The translations under genes were made by a program, and so were the position numbers. A stretch of DNA of 64,000 bases from Vicugna vicugna (Eukaryota). The stretch covers positions 62,001-126,000 of the forward strand of contig MU057724.1 in NCBI GenBank assembly GCA_013265495.1, written 5' to 3'. This document shows, in pieces, positions 40,060 through 52,270 of this stretch; within the stretch, counting starts at the first letter, position 1, and each line of letters begins with the position of its first letter. Under the pieces are notes generated by a model, which saw only the letters and a program-made list of their open reading frames with translations, searched no databases and was not told the DNA's origin.

Positions 40060-42414
40060 TGCCTCAGCTTGGGCAGCTGCAACCAAATGCACAGACTGAG
40101 CAGCTTAAGCAACAGACATTACTGCTTACAGTTTTAGAGGCTGGAATTCTGAGATCCAAGTGCCAGTGTGATCTAGTTCTGCTGGGGGCTCTCTTCCCGG
40201 CCTGTAGACAGCTGCCATCTGGCCGTATACTTGTGAAGAGAGAGGGAGAGAGACAGACAGACAGACAGATCACACCCTCTGCTGTCTCTTCTTAGGAGGA
40301 CACCAATCCTATTGAGTCAGTGCCCCTCCTACCCCCCATTTAACTTTAGTTCCTTCCTTAGAGGCCCCATTTCTAACTGTAGCTACACTGGAGCTTCAAC
40401 ATACAGCTTTGGAAGACAGAAACATTCAGTCTATAATGTTCTGCCCTAGGACTTCATAATACATGTCTTTACCACATTCAAAATACATTCATTTTATTCC
40501 AACAACCCCAAAACTCTTAACTCATTCTAGCATCAGCTCTGCAGTTCAGAATTTCATCTGCATATCCTCTAAATCAGATGTGTGTGAGACCCAATGTCCA
40601 GTTAATCCTGAGGCAGAATTCGTCATCAGCTGTGAGCCTGTGAAACTGGAAAAGTTATGTGCCTCCAAATACAATGCTGGATCAGGTATAAGACAGACAT
40701 TCCCATCCCAAAAGGGAGGAATAAGAGGGAAGAAAGGTGTGGCAAGTCCCAAGCAAGTCCAGAAACTCCTGAGGCAAATTCTGTTGGATTTTAAGGCTCA
40801 AGGAAGACCCCCCCTTGGTTCAGTGCTCTGCCCTCCAGGCCCACTGGAGGACAGTGTCACCCCTACAGCTCTGTTGGGCCTCTCACCCAAGGATCTCTGC
40901 AGAAGTGCCACCCCTGAGGAAGGGAGAGGGCATGGAGGCCCCTCTCTAAAACCAGGGAGAAGAAGTCAGCCTTGCCCCGGGCCTGTGATGAGAGTGGAAG
41001 CTCTGATGATCTCTGAATCGCCTTTGGGGCCCTTCTCTCCCATTGTGAAGGGTCATGCCGGTTTGCACGATTGCTCTTGCGCTCTAGTCCATCTCCTTCT
41101 GTTAAGACTGGCAGTGTTTCTGCTCCTATAATCCCATGGTTACTTTCCTGAGTGATAGTCTAGCCACACCCTTGGCATCCTCTTCCTGACATGCTTTTTC
41201 ATTTTTTTGCAATATGGACAGGCTGAGAATTTTCCAATTCTTCAAGTTCTCCTTTGTTTTTGCTTAAAATTTTCTTCTTCAGTTCATCTCTTTCCTCTTG
41301 CATTTTATTGTAAGAAGTCAGGAGGACTGAGGCTAAGCCTTTAACATTTGTTTAGAAATCTCCTCTGCCTAATGTCCAATCTCATGGTTCACAAGGTTCG
41401 TCTTCTACAAAACACTAGAAACATTCAGCCAAGCTGTTTGCCATTTTGTAATAAAAATTGCTGTGTTAGATTGGGCTGTTATAACAAAATACCATCGACT
41501 GGGGGACTTAAACAACAGACATTTTATTTCTCATAGTTCTGGAGGCTGGAATGTCCAAGTCCAAGTCCAAGGTGCCAGTTGATTTGGTTCCTGGTGAGAA
41601 CCCCTTCCTCATTTGTAGATGGCCACCTTCTGCTGCGTCCTCACGTGACTAAGAGAGGTCCTCTTTCTTGTGTCCCTACTTATAAGGGCACTGACTCCAT
41701 TCATGAGGGTTTCACATTCTTGACCTAATCACCTCCCAAGAGGCCTCACCTCCAGACATCATCACGTTGGGGATTAGGGTCTCAACGTATAAATTTTGGG
41801 GAGACACAAACATTTAGTCCATTGCAGTCATTTTTCTTTCAGTATCCAATAACTTGTTCCTCATTTCCATTTAATACCCAACAAGAATCACCTTTAACAT
41901 CCATGTTTCTAGCAGACACCCTAAAACTCCTTCAGCCTCTGCCCATCACTCAGGTACAAAGCTCCTTCCACATTTTCAGGTATTTGTTACAGCAGCACCC
42001 CACTCCATGGTACCAAAATCTGTCTTAGCTCAGGCTGCCATTACAAAATACCCCAGACTGGGGGGCTTAAACAACAGACATTCACTTTCTCACAGTTCTG
42101 GAGGCTAGAAGTCTGAGATTGGGGTGCCATCATGGTTGGCTTCACACAAGAGCTCTCTTCCTGGCTTGTAGGCAGCAGCCGTCTGGATGTGTGCTCGCAT
42201 TGCCTTTACCCTGTGCTCAGCAGAGAGAGAGAGGGATGTCTGGTGTCGCTTCTTGTAAGGACACTCACTAGTCCTGTCAGATCAGGCCCCACCCTGATGA
42301 CCTCATTCAACCTTAGTACTTTCTTATAGACTCCATTCCCAACTGCAGCCACACTGAGGGTTAGGGCTTCAACATAATGAATTTAGGAGGGACACAAGCA
42401 TTCAGTCCAGAGTA
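40060..42414 (-). mobile_element. MaLR (MLT1/MST-type) provirus: LTR 40060-40436, internal region, LTR 42021-42414
   Basis: Two similar LTRs (acagactg...cttaa.caacagacatt...cagttct.gaggct.gaa.tctgagat...cattcagtc) flank MLT-int-like sequence (caaaatacattcattttattccaacaacccc...). Confidence 0.85.
41462..41826 (-). mobile_element. Solo MaLR LTR nested in the MLT internal region
   Basis: tgtgttagattgggctgttataacaaaatacc...ttttgggggagacacaaacatttagtccattgca, TG...CA termini. Confidence 0.85.
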
Positions 42415-44087
42415 CTCCCCCTTCTCTGGTTTGTATAAAATAAGCTTTGCTTAGGGATCTGTAGCCTTCAGGAGCCTTTGTATGCTTTCCCCTTACTTGA
42501 ATTTCTTTAAAACAGGGACCTTCTTTTGCCCATTCACCCTCGACAGAATGATACAGGCTACCCTGTAGAATGAATCATGGTGGCATGCCTGGTGGTAGCC
42601 CTGGGACACGGTGACCCAGGCGGCTGGCGTGCACTGGTTAGTTCTGATTGTCCGTATTGCTAGGGGCTATGAAGTGTGTTCCAGTCGCCTGGTCAGTATT
42701 GTCTAGTCTTTTTTTTTTTTCCAAAGATCTGGGTTTCAGATTTCTGCTTCATGCTTAGAATTATTGTGGCTTTTGGTGGAGAATATTTTAAACTGGGTGA
42801 AAAGGCAAAAAAATGTAAAATCAAGAAGTGAAAGCACAATTGTTTACAGTTCAGTAAGCAGTTGTGGTTAAGAAATGTGTCTGTTCATCATTGCCAGATG
42901 ACTTAAAATTTTATGGGGGAACATAAATTTTAAACAAAGAATAATTGTGCTGTTTACAGGGTAAGATGTAAATTTCTTCAGAGTTTAGTTCTTGGGTATT
43001 ATAATATAGCTTTCCTGCTTAGAGCTTTATGAATTTTACCATGAAATTATCTGTGAAATGAATCTGATGGTAGCTTGCAACATTTACTCAGAAACTAAAA
43101 TTTTGATTTACCAAGCATTAATAATAATACAGTAATGTAGTTAATTAGAGACTCACTAATTGAATAGTCAACAGGAGCATAACATTGCTGGGTGTTTGGG
43201 ATCATTGGTAAAATTAAGCATAGTTGTAACCTCACAAAAGAAAAGATAGTATAATTATGTACAGATAAATACAACTCAACTTTCAGTGCATGTTCTTTAA
43301 AAAAAAGTGGTACAGTACAAATAGTGAATAGATAAAACATCATTTGGATTTGATTTCGGACTGTATTGTTCATTTATTTTTCTTTTTGGAGCATCACTTG
43401 AATCACAGTTTAATGTGCATCCTTTGGGTGCATATCATATCCAGTTGCAGTGACAGAGGTAGGTCAAAAGCATCTTGTTTGGCAGTGAATCAAGAATATA
43501 AAAATAGTCCCCAAAGTTCTTCACATTAATTTGTTTTATTAGAGTTCATCCAGCTCATATCTATTTTGTTGGTACTCATCCAGGTACAGAACAGAGTTCA
43601 TGGTTTAAAAGAGAAAATTATTCATTTTGTGTGTTAAAATCTTGATAAAAGGAGATGCAGTGATGACATAAAGGAGAGTGGTAAACTCTGCTGGATGGAA
43701 AAGGAGAGCTGTGTCCAGCCAGCTCACCAGGGAGATGGTGATGAAACACTTGAAGTGTGGGTATAGAAATAAAGATCCTTGAGTAGAGCTGTTTAACTTG
43801 AGGCTAGAACAGTGAAAAGTTACTGGTAACAAAGGTATTACTAAACAATGGATGGTTGTCTAGATTTTTTTCGGTGGATAACTGTTGAAAGGTTCAAGAA
43901 CAGGGTAGCTGTCCTTAAATGTGCATGTAAAAAGATCACTGGTGCTGGGCCTTGTGAATGATAGATCATGGCAGTCAGGTACCAGACTGAGGAGGTCAGT
44001 TAGGGCCAGCCTGTTGTGATAACTAAGAGGCATACCCAAAACTGACATCTTGATTTTGCTGTTATATCCCCTGTATCCTGTCCCCCA

Positions 44088-44088
44088 G

Positions 44089-44121
<33 letters not shown>
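44088..44121. repeat. (CA)n(GA)n microsatellite
   Basis: Read directly from the sequence. Confidence 0.9.
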
Positions 44122-44122
<1 letters not shown>

Positions 44123-45336
44123 AACCCGCACATCTAGAAATTGTCCCTGTCTCAGTAAACATGTACTGAGTTATACTTGCTCAGGCCAAAAACATTGGAA
44201 CCTCATATCCCTCTTCCAGCCCATAAACAAGTGCTATTTGTTCTGTCCTCAGAGAACATCTAGTTTCCAGCCTTTCCTCACGGCCTCTGTTTCCACCCCC
44301 TGCCCCTCCGGAAGCTACCACCACCTACCCTGGACTGCTGCAGTGGTCTTCTGACTGGTCTCCCTTCGTCTCCCCTTGTGCCTTCAGTCTGCTCTCAACA
44401 AAGCAAACCATATGCCTTCCTCACTGGCTTCCCATCACACTCCGAGGAAATAGCTCATGACCACACAGTGAGGCTAGGCCTGATTTCTCCCGGCCTGACT
44501 GCTCTGCTCTGATCTCCTACCCTGACACCCAGGCTCAGGCAGACTGCTTTCAGTCGTGGCCAGAACAAAAGTCATCTCTTCCTTGAAGAGGTGGAATGAA
44601 CTCTTGGGGAAAGCTAAGACTTCTAGTGCAGATGTTCAGGTTACCAGAACACAGTCCTCTTTCTTACGGCATTTGAAGGGCCTAATCAGACATGAGAATT
44701 AGTACAAATTAGTCAAATCACTTGACCTTTCGACTAGGAGTATTCTCATTGAAACATATTCCTGCAACTTGAGCCAGGCATTGGACTCTGTTTATACAGC
44801 TGTGCTAATAATACAGATTTGTTGATTATTTTTAACTCTTAGACTCAGACTGTGGTCAGAGCACAGGGATTTGGCATAGGTTATAGGACACATTGTGGAT
44901 AAACGTTCACCTTAACAATGGAAATGGAATTATGTGGGATTTAACTTGTGTGGTGTACTGGGGAGGAGGCTGTAGAGAGATGCGTAAGCCAGGAGCTCCA
45001 GGCCGCCTATCGAAAGTTAATAGAATAGAATATAGAGTTGGTTAAAGATACTATTTAAAATTTCAATAACAGAAGCACCCTAAATAAGACCATTTTGGTA
45101 CCAGATACATTCATTATTTTGGGAGGAAAAAACTTTTTAAGGTACCTTTTTAAAAACAGTAAATGTGAAATGATTGTATCTTGGGAATTTGGAGTGAGTG
45201 CTGCAGAAGAATTATAATTACAGCTGGTGGCAACCAGGTCAGAGTATCTGCTTAGGACAGAGGTCCTCTCTGCACAGGAAGCAGGTGATCTCCATCCCTG
45301 ACCTTTGCTATGCTGTCTTGCCCCACTACCCCAGCC

Positions 45337-45366
45337 TGTGTGTGTGTGTGTGTGTGCGCGCGCGTG
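45337..45366. repeat. (TG)10(CG)4TG alternating purine-pyrimidine tract
   Basis: Read directly from the sequence. Confidence 0.95.
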
Positions 45367-46489
45367 AGTGCACACGTGCACGTGATGCATGAGGCCTAAG
45401 GAAAAAAGTAATGGTGGGCACCTGTTGATGATTTGGCCTGAAGAAGAGAAAAAGTACCAGTTTCAGAGGATAGTAGGACATATATTGTAAAGCAGGACAC
45501 TGTATGGATTAGCCTATTGGAAAATCCGTGAAGATAGAGGGTAATAATACACGGAAAATCCCAAATTATTCTGTGGTCAATGTTTGGATAATTCAATGAG
45601 ACAACTTAAAAGTGCAACAGCTATATTGTAAAAAGTATTTCTAAAAAAATTGCAGGTGTTTCTGTCACTGTCGGAGGACGATTTCAGTATTTCTCTCCAC
45701 ATTCTAGCTTGTTTCACTTGGTACTTTCTTGTGTAGTGTTTGCTAATTCCTTGTGTTGTATTTCTTGTATAAGTATTGGTGAAAATTGTACTCATAATGT
45801 ATGTATATTAATTCAGCAACATAACCCGCTGAGAAGGGCTGAAATTGATGTGCATATAAATAGACACTGGCTACCTGTATATTTCAAAATAAATAAATGA
45901 AGTCATTTAATCCAGGAGTCACAAATACATCCTGTTCTTATATCATTTGCTAGATTCTTTTGTGGCTTCTTGTTCTTTTAAAATCAAAGACTTTTTAATT
46001 TTTTTAGAGCAATTAGCTGATAAAATAAATCACTCATTCATGCATTCTTTGGGCAAACGTTAGTCTGCAAGTGAAGTATTTTCCATTTTAACTACAGAGT
46101 GTTTCATCTGCTCGACATATGTGTGGGTAGAAATGACTAGACCCCATGGTGTATTTTCTCTGTGAGTCTTCTGTTCCTGTGTCTTAACCACTGTGGTGCT
46201 GTGTGGTATGTCTGTGCTCTCCTTTTGGTCTTTGGGGCACTTCCTCCTCAGCGTTTGGTCTTTATCAAATTCAACTTTTCCTTTTCAGTGTTGAAATCCT
46301 GGCTGTATCCAACCAGCGCAAAGTGCCACTGGAGTCCATTTCTCAACCTGATGTGCTTTTTTTTTTTTTTTTAACATTTAGACAAGTCCTGTATTTTAGC
46401 ATAATAATGTAGAGAAAAAAGCATCCTCAGTTTCCTGTCTTTAACTGTCATTTACTCTAGAGACATTGCAAGTCAGGGACTTGTGAGGA

Positions 46490-46670
46490 TACTCAGTTTT
46501 GAGCATAAGACCTGCTAGTAATCCTCTTTGACCTTAAGAAAGTCATGTGAGCAACTAACTTGTTCAGTTTTCTTATTTGTCAAAAAAGAAGATTAATATC
46601 TTCCCGACCTATTTCATAGGGATATTGTGGATCAAGTATGATAATAGATTTGAAAATGCCTTGAGAAGTT
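46490..46670 (+). mobile_element. MIR SINE remnant
   Basis: tgaccttaagaaagtcatgtga...tcagttttcttatttgtcaaaaa...acctatttcataggggatattgtggatcaagtatgataat. Confidence 0.65.
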
Positions 46671-47563
46671 AATATAGTGACAGTGACTGTGATGACAGTG
46701 GCTGCTGTTCCTGCGTCAGTGACGGACCGGGCCCTGCACTGGGGGCTTTCTGTGCTCTCTCATATTGTGTGCAGTGTTCTTGAAGATTGCTAGTAATACT
46801 ACCTCCATTTTAAAAGGAGGATACTCTTATAAGAAAGATACGTGTGGATGAGATAATTGAGGGTTTCAGAGGGAAGGGATGGTTGCCTCTGGCTGGGACT
46901 CAGGAAACACTTCCTGGACAAGGTGACACTTTGGCTGAGTTTCACAGCATTTGTGGAAAATGTTACCCCACTGTCATAGAACGGCCTCTTATGTACCCTC
47001 CGTCTAATTGCAAAATAGTCTTCTTTTTTTGGAAAAAAAAAAAAACAGGATCTTTTGTGCTCAGATTGAAAGCTTGCGTCCAATACATAACTCTCAAAAC
47101 TCCCAGGCTTTTTCTCCCTCAGATGAAGAAGAAATGATGCTGCTTTCTTTCTCCAGGGAGGTCAGCCCTCTGTCTTCTCAGGCTTGTGGCAGGTCCTCTG
47201 GGAGGGACTTCAGAGTTCTTCCTGGAGAGCGTGGTGCTGTTGGCAGCCCTGTATGCAACCACAGTGGCGCTTCCAAGCCCGTTTAGTCGCCGGGCATGCT
47301 GTGCTGATAGTCAAATCAGGGCTCATAGTTGTTAGAACATTGTCAGGAGTTCTCATAAAAATCTTCAAAGAAACTGCGGTCAGTAGCAGTATGACTCATC
47401 TGAGACATACAGGTATTTCTGCTGGCATACTGTTTATGTCTTTATTGCAGTGTCTTGCCTTTTGTAAAATCTGTCAGGGTCTATGGGGACTGTACGGTTG
47501 GGGGCAGACCACTGAAAACCTATGTCACTTTTTAATCAGAGCCGCACACGGCAGGGATTGGTC

Positions 47564-47605
47564 CCTGAAGGGAGAGCTGTGCTGCCTGAAGGGAGAGCTG
47601 TGCTG
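47564..47605. repeat. Perfect 21-bp tandem duplication
   Basis: cctgaagggagagctgtgctg twice (47564-47584 and 47585-47605). Confidence 0.97.
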
Positions 47606-48462
47606 ACAGGGTGGCCCTGGCCACATAAGCCCTAGCAGGGCCGTGGAGCTCTGGACAGTGGCTGCTGCCGGTGGCTGAGTACGGTGTTGGGGGTGAGCAC
47701 AGAGTACAGGTGCAAGTTTAAAAAATTCCTAAAATAGGTCCTGAAATGCTCCTGTGGCTAGTGCAGCCCCTCAACCTAGGTCTTCCCCTTTGCTGCTGAT
47801 AAAGCTAACTCTCTATGCGCCTCCTGCCCCAGAGGAGCAGTGTGAGCACCACAGTGACCCCACCTGTCTCGACTTCTCCTCCTGTTCCCCAGCTGAGGGT
47901 GAGCTACTTTTCACTAAGGACACACCTGTGGTGGCAGAGCAGGCCCAGTCCTCCCTTCGTAGTCAGGGCCTTTCTTTACAGTGTGTTTTCACCCCCCACC
48001 CCCACCCCATAGTGACTGGTGGAGCTTAGCGTCATGCTTGTTTACGTCTTCACCTCTTCTGTTTCCTTCTTACCTGAAGAAATCATCTCAGGATAGACAC
48101 ATACCTCAGAAGCTGTAGTTCCACATAGTGCTCAGGGGAGGTGCCTGTCCTTGCTTCACATGCTAATACTTCCTGCTGGCACTCAGATAGAGGAAGGCGT
48201 GGAAAACAGGATTGAGTGGAAAATGACTGGAGAAAAGTGAAAGGGAGAGAGAAATGGAAGTGATATTAAACTGTATAACCAAAACCTTTGCACAATTTAA
48301 ATATTAGTTTTTATACTCACTGAGCTAAAGTGGTAATGGAACTCATATTGGTGTCTGTTATTAGCAGGGCTCTTGTCTCATTCAAGTCATTTATTTTTTC
48401 AATTAAAAAACAGAGAGTAATAGAAAAATCTAAGCATATTCACCATCTAGAATTAATAACAC

Positions 48463-49345
48463 TTTTTTTTAACTGCATAAAGCTTTATTTTTCCCATTTG
48501 GTCCAAGGCTTGGGAGAGTTGTTCCAGGGTGGTTAAAAAGCTGCCTGGTGGCTGCAGAGAGAGGCTTCAGGCAAGAGCCCCGACACCAGAGCGGCTTCTT
48601 AAAGGCCACTGGCTTCCAGAGGCTCCTAGTGGTGCTGAGGGTGAGCCTTTCAGAGAGATACTCACCCAACCCAGCTGGAGACCACCCAGCCTGTGGAGGT
48701 TAGTCAGGTGGTTGCCCATCTTCCTGATGAGTCTCACCTCCTTATCCAGGAAGTGGCTCTCCAGGAAGTCACAGAGGTGGGGTCTATACGGGCAGAACCC
48801 AGGACATGCAGATCCAAAAGGGCCTGGTTGAAGTTCTTCTCCACGAGACTGGTGGCTTCCATGGCATCCTGGGTTTTACCCCCACTCACCTTGGGACGGC
48901 TCCTGCACATCCTACAAGAGGGCGCCACTGCACGCTTGTTTTGCATTTTCAAGAGATGCTTGGTGCCTTCACCCTTCTCCTCCTTCAAGTCATGGAAACA
49001 GTGGCCCACACCCTCCAGAGCCACATCGTTGTGGTCGAAATAGAAGCCCACAGAGACGTAGGTGTAGGAGGCCCGCGGATGCCTGTGGACAGGGTGGTTC
49101 GCCGTAGCCTCCACCTGGTGGAATAATTCTGATGAATCTGGGGGCTCATGGTTGATTGGTAATAAGGAGCTTAAGCTCAGAAAATGGTGTTAGTTGGTCC
49201 CAGAGGCAGAGAGTAGCAGACTGGCTGGTTCAAGAGGTTACAACTGGAAGGAAGGTGGAAGGGTGGTTGGAGTCTGGAGCAAGAGGAGTCCCTGGGTCTG
49301 TTCCATCCAAACACTATTGAAGCAGGAGACAGATCCACGGGACCA
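48463..49345 (-). pseudogene. FTL: Processed pseudogene of ferritin light chain (FTL-like), antisense to SPIDR
   Basis: Intronless. Minus strand reads 5'UTR with IRE, ATG at 49149 (MSPQIHQNYST), fragments [62 protein letters not shown] at 48628-48626, AATAAA at 48489-48484 and a poly(A) remnant at 48463-48470. Several frameshifts. Confidence 0.96.
49296..49333 (-). promoter_or_regulatory. Degenerate iron-responsive element (IRE) in the FTL pseudogene 5'UTR
   Basis: Minus strand TCTGTCTCCTGCTTCAA-TAGTGT-TTGGATGGAACAGAC. Canonical ferritin L IRE is TGCTTCAA-CAGTGT-TTGGACGGAACAGA; the first loop base C is replaced by T (window position 49316). Confidence 0.85.
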
Positions 49346-50540
49346 CCTAGCACACTACCTGACACATGTTAATCTTCTGTCTCTTTGCTTCTCATATTTT
49401 TATAACAAACAACATGACAGATAAGTTTGAACCCCCTGGATCCCTTCCTGAGGCAAACTCCTCTTTCTCTCATGATTCAGCACTTGTCATGAGTTTTCTG
49501 TGTGTCCTTCTAGTCCACATTTATGTGCTGTGTGACATATGTATCTGTAACAGTATTGTGTTGGTCTCTGTGTTTCAGAAAGATGACATTATGGGTGTTA
49601 GACTATACATTCCTTATTTACCCCTCTTGTTTTTGGGATCTCTCCAAGCAGATACATGCAGATGGGGTCCACTTGCAGTAGCTTCTATAGAGTGTCTTGT
49701 TCTGAGAACCCACCACAGTTTACCCATCGCCTGCTGATCAGTGCCAGGTCTAGTTTCCTACTCTTACAAACAACACTGAGATGTGCAACCTTGTCTAGAT
49801 CTCCTAGACATGTGACAGACTTCCTGGGTGCATATCTGGCATTTCTGGGTTATAGGCTATACATTTATCTCATTTAATTTTTAAAAATGATAATTGAGGC
49901 AAGTGGTGTGATCCCCATTTTACACATGGGAAAACCAAGGTGTTGAAATGCTGTGTAACTTGCCACTGTAATTAATAAGAGGGTCAGTCATCAAATCCAG
50001 ATCAAATTCCACCCATTTAAACTAGAGCCCTAACTCAGCTTTCCCCAGAAGTCCTCAACTTTCAACCTCTGTGATTGTTAGAACACTTGGAGCTGGGCAG
50101 TCCTACTGTGCCATTTCCAAGTAGACAGTCAGAGCAGGTAATGAGGTGGAGGGGGCATGAGAGAAAGGAGGAGGATCTGGACATACTCACTTTGTTGTGA
50201 ATTTTGAAAGGGTTCAAGTTTTGGAGTGAAAACATGCTTTGTGAAATGATGGATCTGAGTTTTCTGTATATGTAAGACTATTTCTTTGTGATAGAAGACG
50301 ATTTCTTATGTTGCTTAAAATGCATATATTAAATAAAATGCTCAGATTATTTTGATTTTAAGAAAGGTGTTACCATGAGCATGTTAGAGTCTGTGTTTTA
50401 CTTTGTGAAGTATAGAGACCATTTCCTCCAGGTGAAGAAAGCTGTCTGAAGATGATTCTTTTTCATGATAACTTATTCACACTTAGCCTATATGTCTTTT
50501 AGACTCTATTTTTGCTTTTGTTCTCATCTTCACCTTCTAG

Positions 50541-50754
50541 GTAGAAAGTCTGGTGTATTAGCTGTGAAAATTCTAGAGCTGCATGAGGAATGCACTATCC
50601 AAGTCGCCATGTGTGAGCAGTTATCAGGGCTGCAGGCCGACAGCCCTTCTCAAGGTGGGGCCACCAGGACTAGCCTGAAGGTTCTTTTCACCAAGGAGAC
50701 TGCACGCTGCCTCAGGGGACGTCCACAAGACATCGTCCACATCTACCCTCCTTG
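50541..50754 (+). CDS. SPIDR: SPIDR internal coding exon (likely exon 8 equivalent), 214 bp, phase 1 to 2
   Basis: Long pyrimidine tract with ttctag acceptor, strong donor gtgagt at 50755. G+GT completes Gly, then RKSGVLAVKILELHEECTIQVAMCEQL...LKVLFTKETARCLRGRPQDIVHIYPPW. Lies within ORF 50465..50758. Confidence 0.95.
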
Positions 50755-51499
50755 GTGAGTGAAAGGAACCGATCCCAGCAGTCACCAACTATGAGTTTGT
50801 CTCAAAAGACATTTTTATCAGGAACATTTTTGTCACTTGATTATACAGTAATGCCAGGGGAAGGGAGCCAGTATTCAACATAGATTTTATGTAACAGAAG
50901 CTCTGAATTGTTTCTGACGGCTCGTTTGCACTTCTGGCAGGAAATTTTTGATAATTATGGAGGACTGGGGGAGGTGGTGAGGAAGAAACAACCACATCAA
51001 AATTTCTGCCTAAGTGGTGTGTTACAAAATCTGGCTGTTTTTGTTTTTATCTTTCTTAGAAATATAATTTTAGTAAGAGGCATTATGTTGACAACAGGAT
51101 AATACTACACATTAATTTAACATTTCTTTGATAATTACTTTAGGGGATAAAACCATAAATTAAGACATAATAGGGTTTGATCTTCAGAAATGTAAGTGGC
51201 CATTAGTGGATCAGAAATTACTTTTAAGGATACTGTGTTTCCTTCTCTGTGGGATGTTAGTTTTTAACCACAAAAAGAAGTATCTCTTACTACTTCTGAG
51301 GGAAAGTTTGAGCAGCCTTGTTTTAAGGGCTAACTATGCATTTTATTAGCAGTTTTTAAGTTTCACTCATCTGTTAAATTCTTAGGCTTGAAGTCAACTT
51401 ACAGGTCTTTAAGATCTCTTTGTTGTGTCCATAGTGAGTGATCGTCAGCTTTAATTAAATTCTTCCACTAACAGGCTGAGGATATCAGAGGGTAACTTG

Positions 51500-52030
51500 C
51501 ATTATTTTATTTTATTTAAATTTCTAATACATTTGTGTTAATCAATGTGAAACACATATAGGATCATATACAGATTATGAGTATACATTTCATCAAATAA
51601 TCACAAAGCAAATACATAATTTCTGTCCAGTCCAAGAAATAGAATGTAGTCTGTACCTAGGACCACCCTATCTTTCTCCCATTACCTCCCTCTCCCTCCT
51701 GCCCCAGGTGGCCATTATCCTGACCTCTGATGCAGTAGACGCCTTCAGATGTTTGAGAACTTGATATAAATAGAACTATACAGTAATCATACAATATGCA
51801 TTCTCTTTTGCCTGACTACTTTCACTTAATATTATGCTTGCAAGATTCCTTAGTTTTGTTGCATTTGGTGATTTGTTCATTTTCATTGCTGTATAGTATT
51901 GCATTCTATTAATTTATGCACTTGATTAATCTGTTCTTTTGTTGACAGATAGTTGATTATCTTCAGTTTGAGGATATAATGAATAATGTTGTAATTACCA
52001 CCTGTCACTCTGTGTATCTTACTCAAGAAT
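51500..52030 (-). mobile_element. Old L1 (L1ME-type) 3' region
   Basis: gtccaagaaatagaatgt...cattatcctgacctct...gaacttgatataaatagaactatacagta...tttcacttaatattatg...ttcattgctgtatagtatt. Confidence 0.7.
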
Positions 52031-52085
52031 ACAGTGCCATTAATTATCTTTTCTCCAAAATTTCCTATCATTCTATTTTTTTTTT

Positions 52086-52270
52086 AGTGGGAGTCCACTG
52101 GTCTGTCATCTAAGTGGCCACCCAATTCTTTTTTTGGGGGGTGGAGCTAATTAGGTTTATTTATTATTTTTTAATTTCTTATTTTTTAATTGGAGGTACT
52201 AGGGATTGAACTCAGGACCTCAAGCATGCTAAGCAGGCACTCTACCACTAAGCTATATCCTTACCCCCAG
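52086..52270 (-). mobile_element. tRNA-Ala-derived SINE (Vic-1-like) with a 16-bp TSD and extra 3' sequence
   Basis: Reverse complement reads gggggtaaggatatagcttagtggtagagtgcctgcttagcatgcttgaggtcctgagttcaatccctagtacctcc. Flanked by tcattctatttttttt at 52068-52083 and 52271-52286. Confidence 0.9.

Noticed and set aside
40463..41131. Longest ORF in the track (222 aa)
   Set aside because: Lies in the MaLR internal region, antisense to the element, with no recognisable protein motif; most likely a chance ORF.
48912..48930. CTCF-like motif ctacaagagggcgc in the FTL pseudogene
   Set aside because: Two mismatches to the core and derived from coding sequence; cannot be supported without ChIP data.
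48734..49114. 126-aa ferritin-like ORF as a functional retrogene
   Set aside because: Frameshift about 11 codons after the true ATG, further frameshifts, and substitutions at conserved residues.
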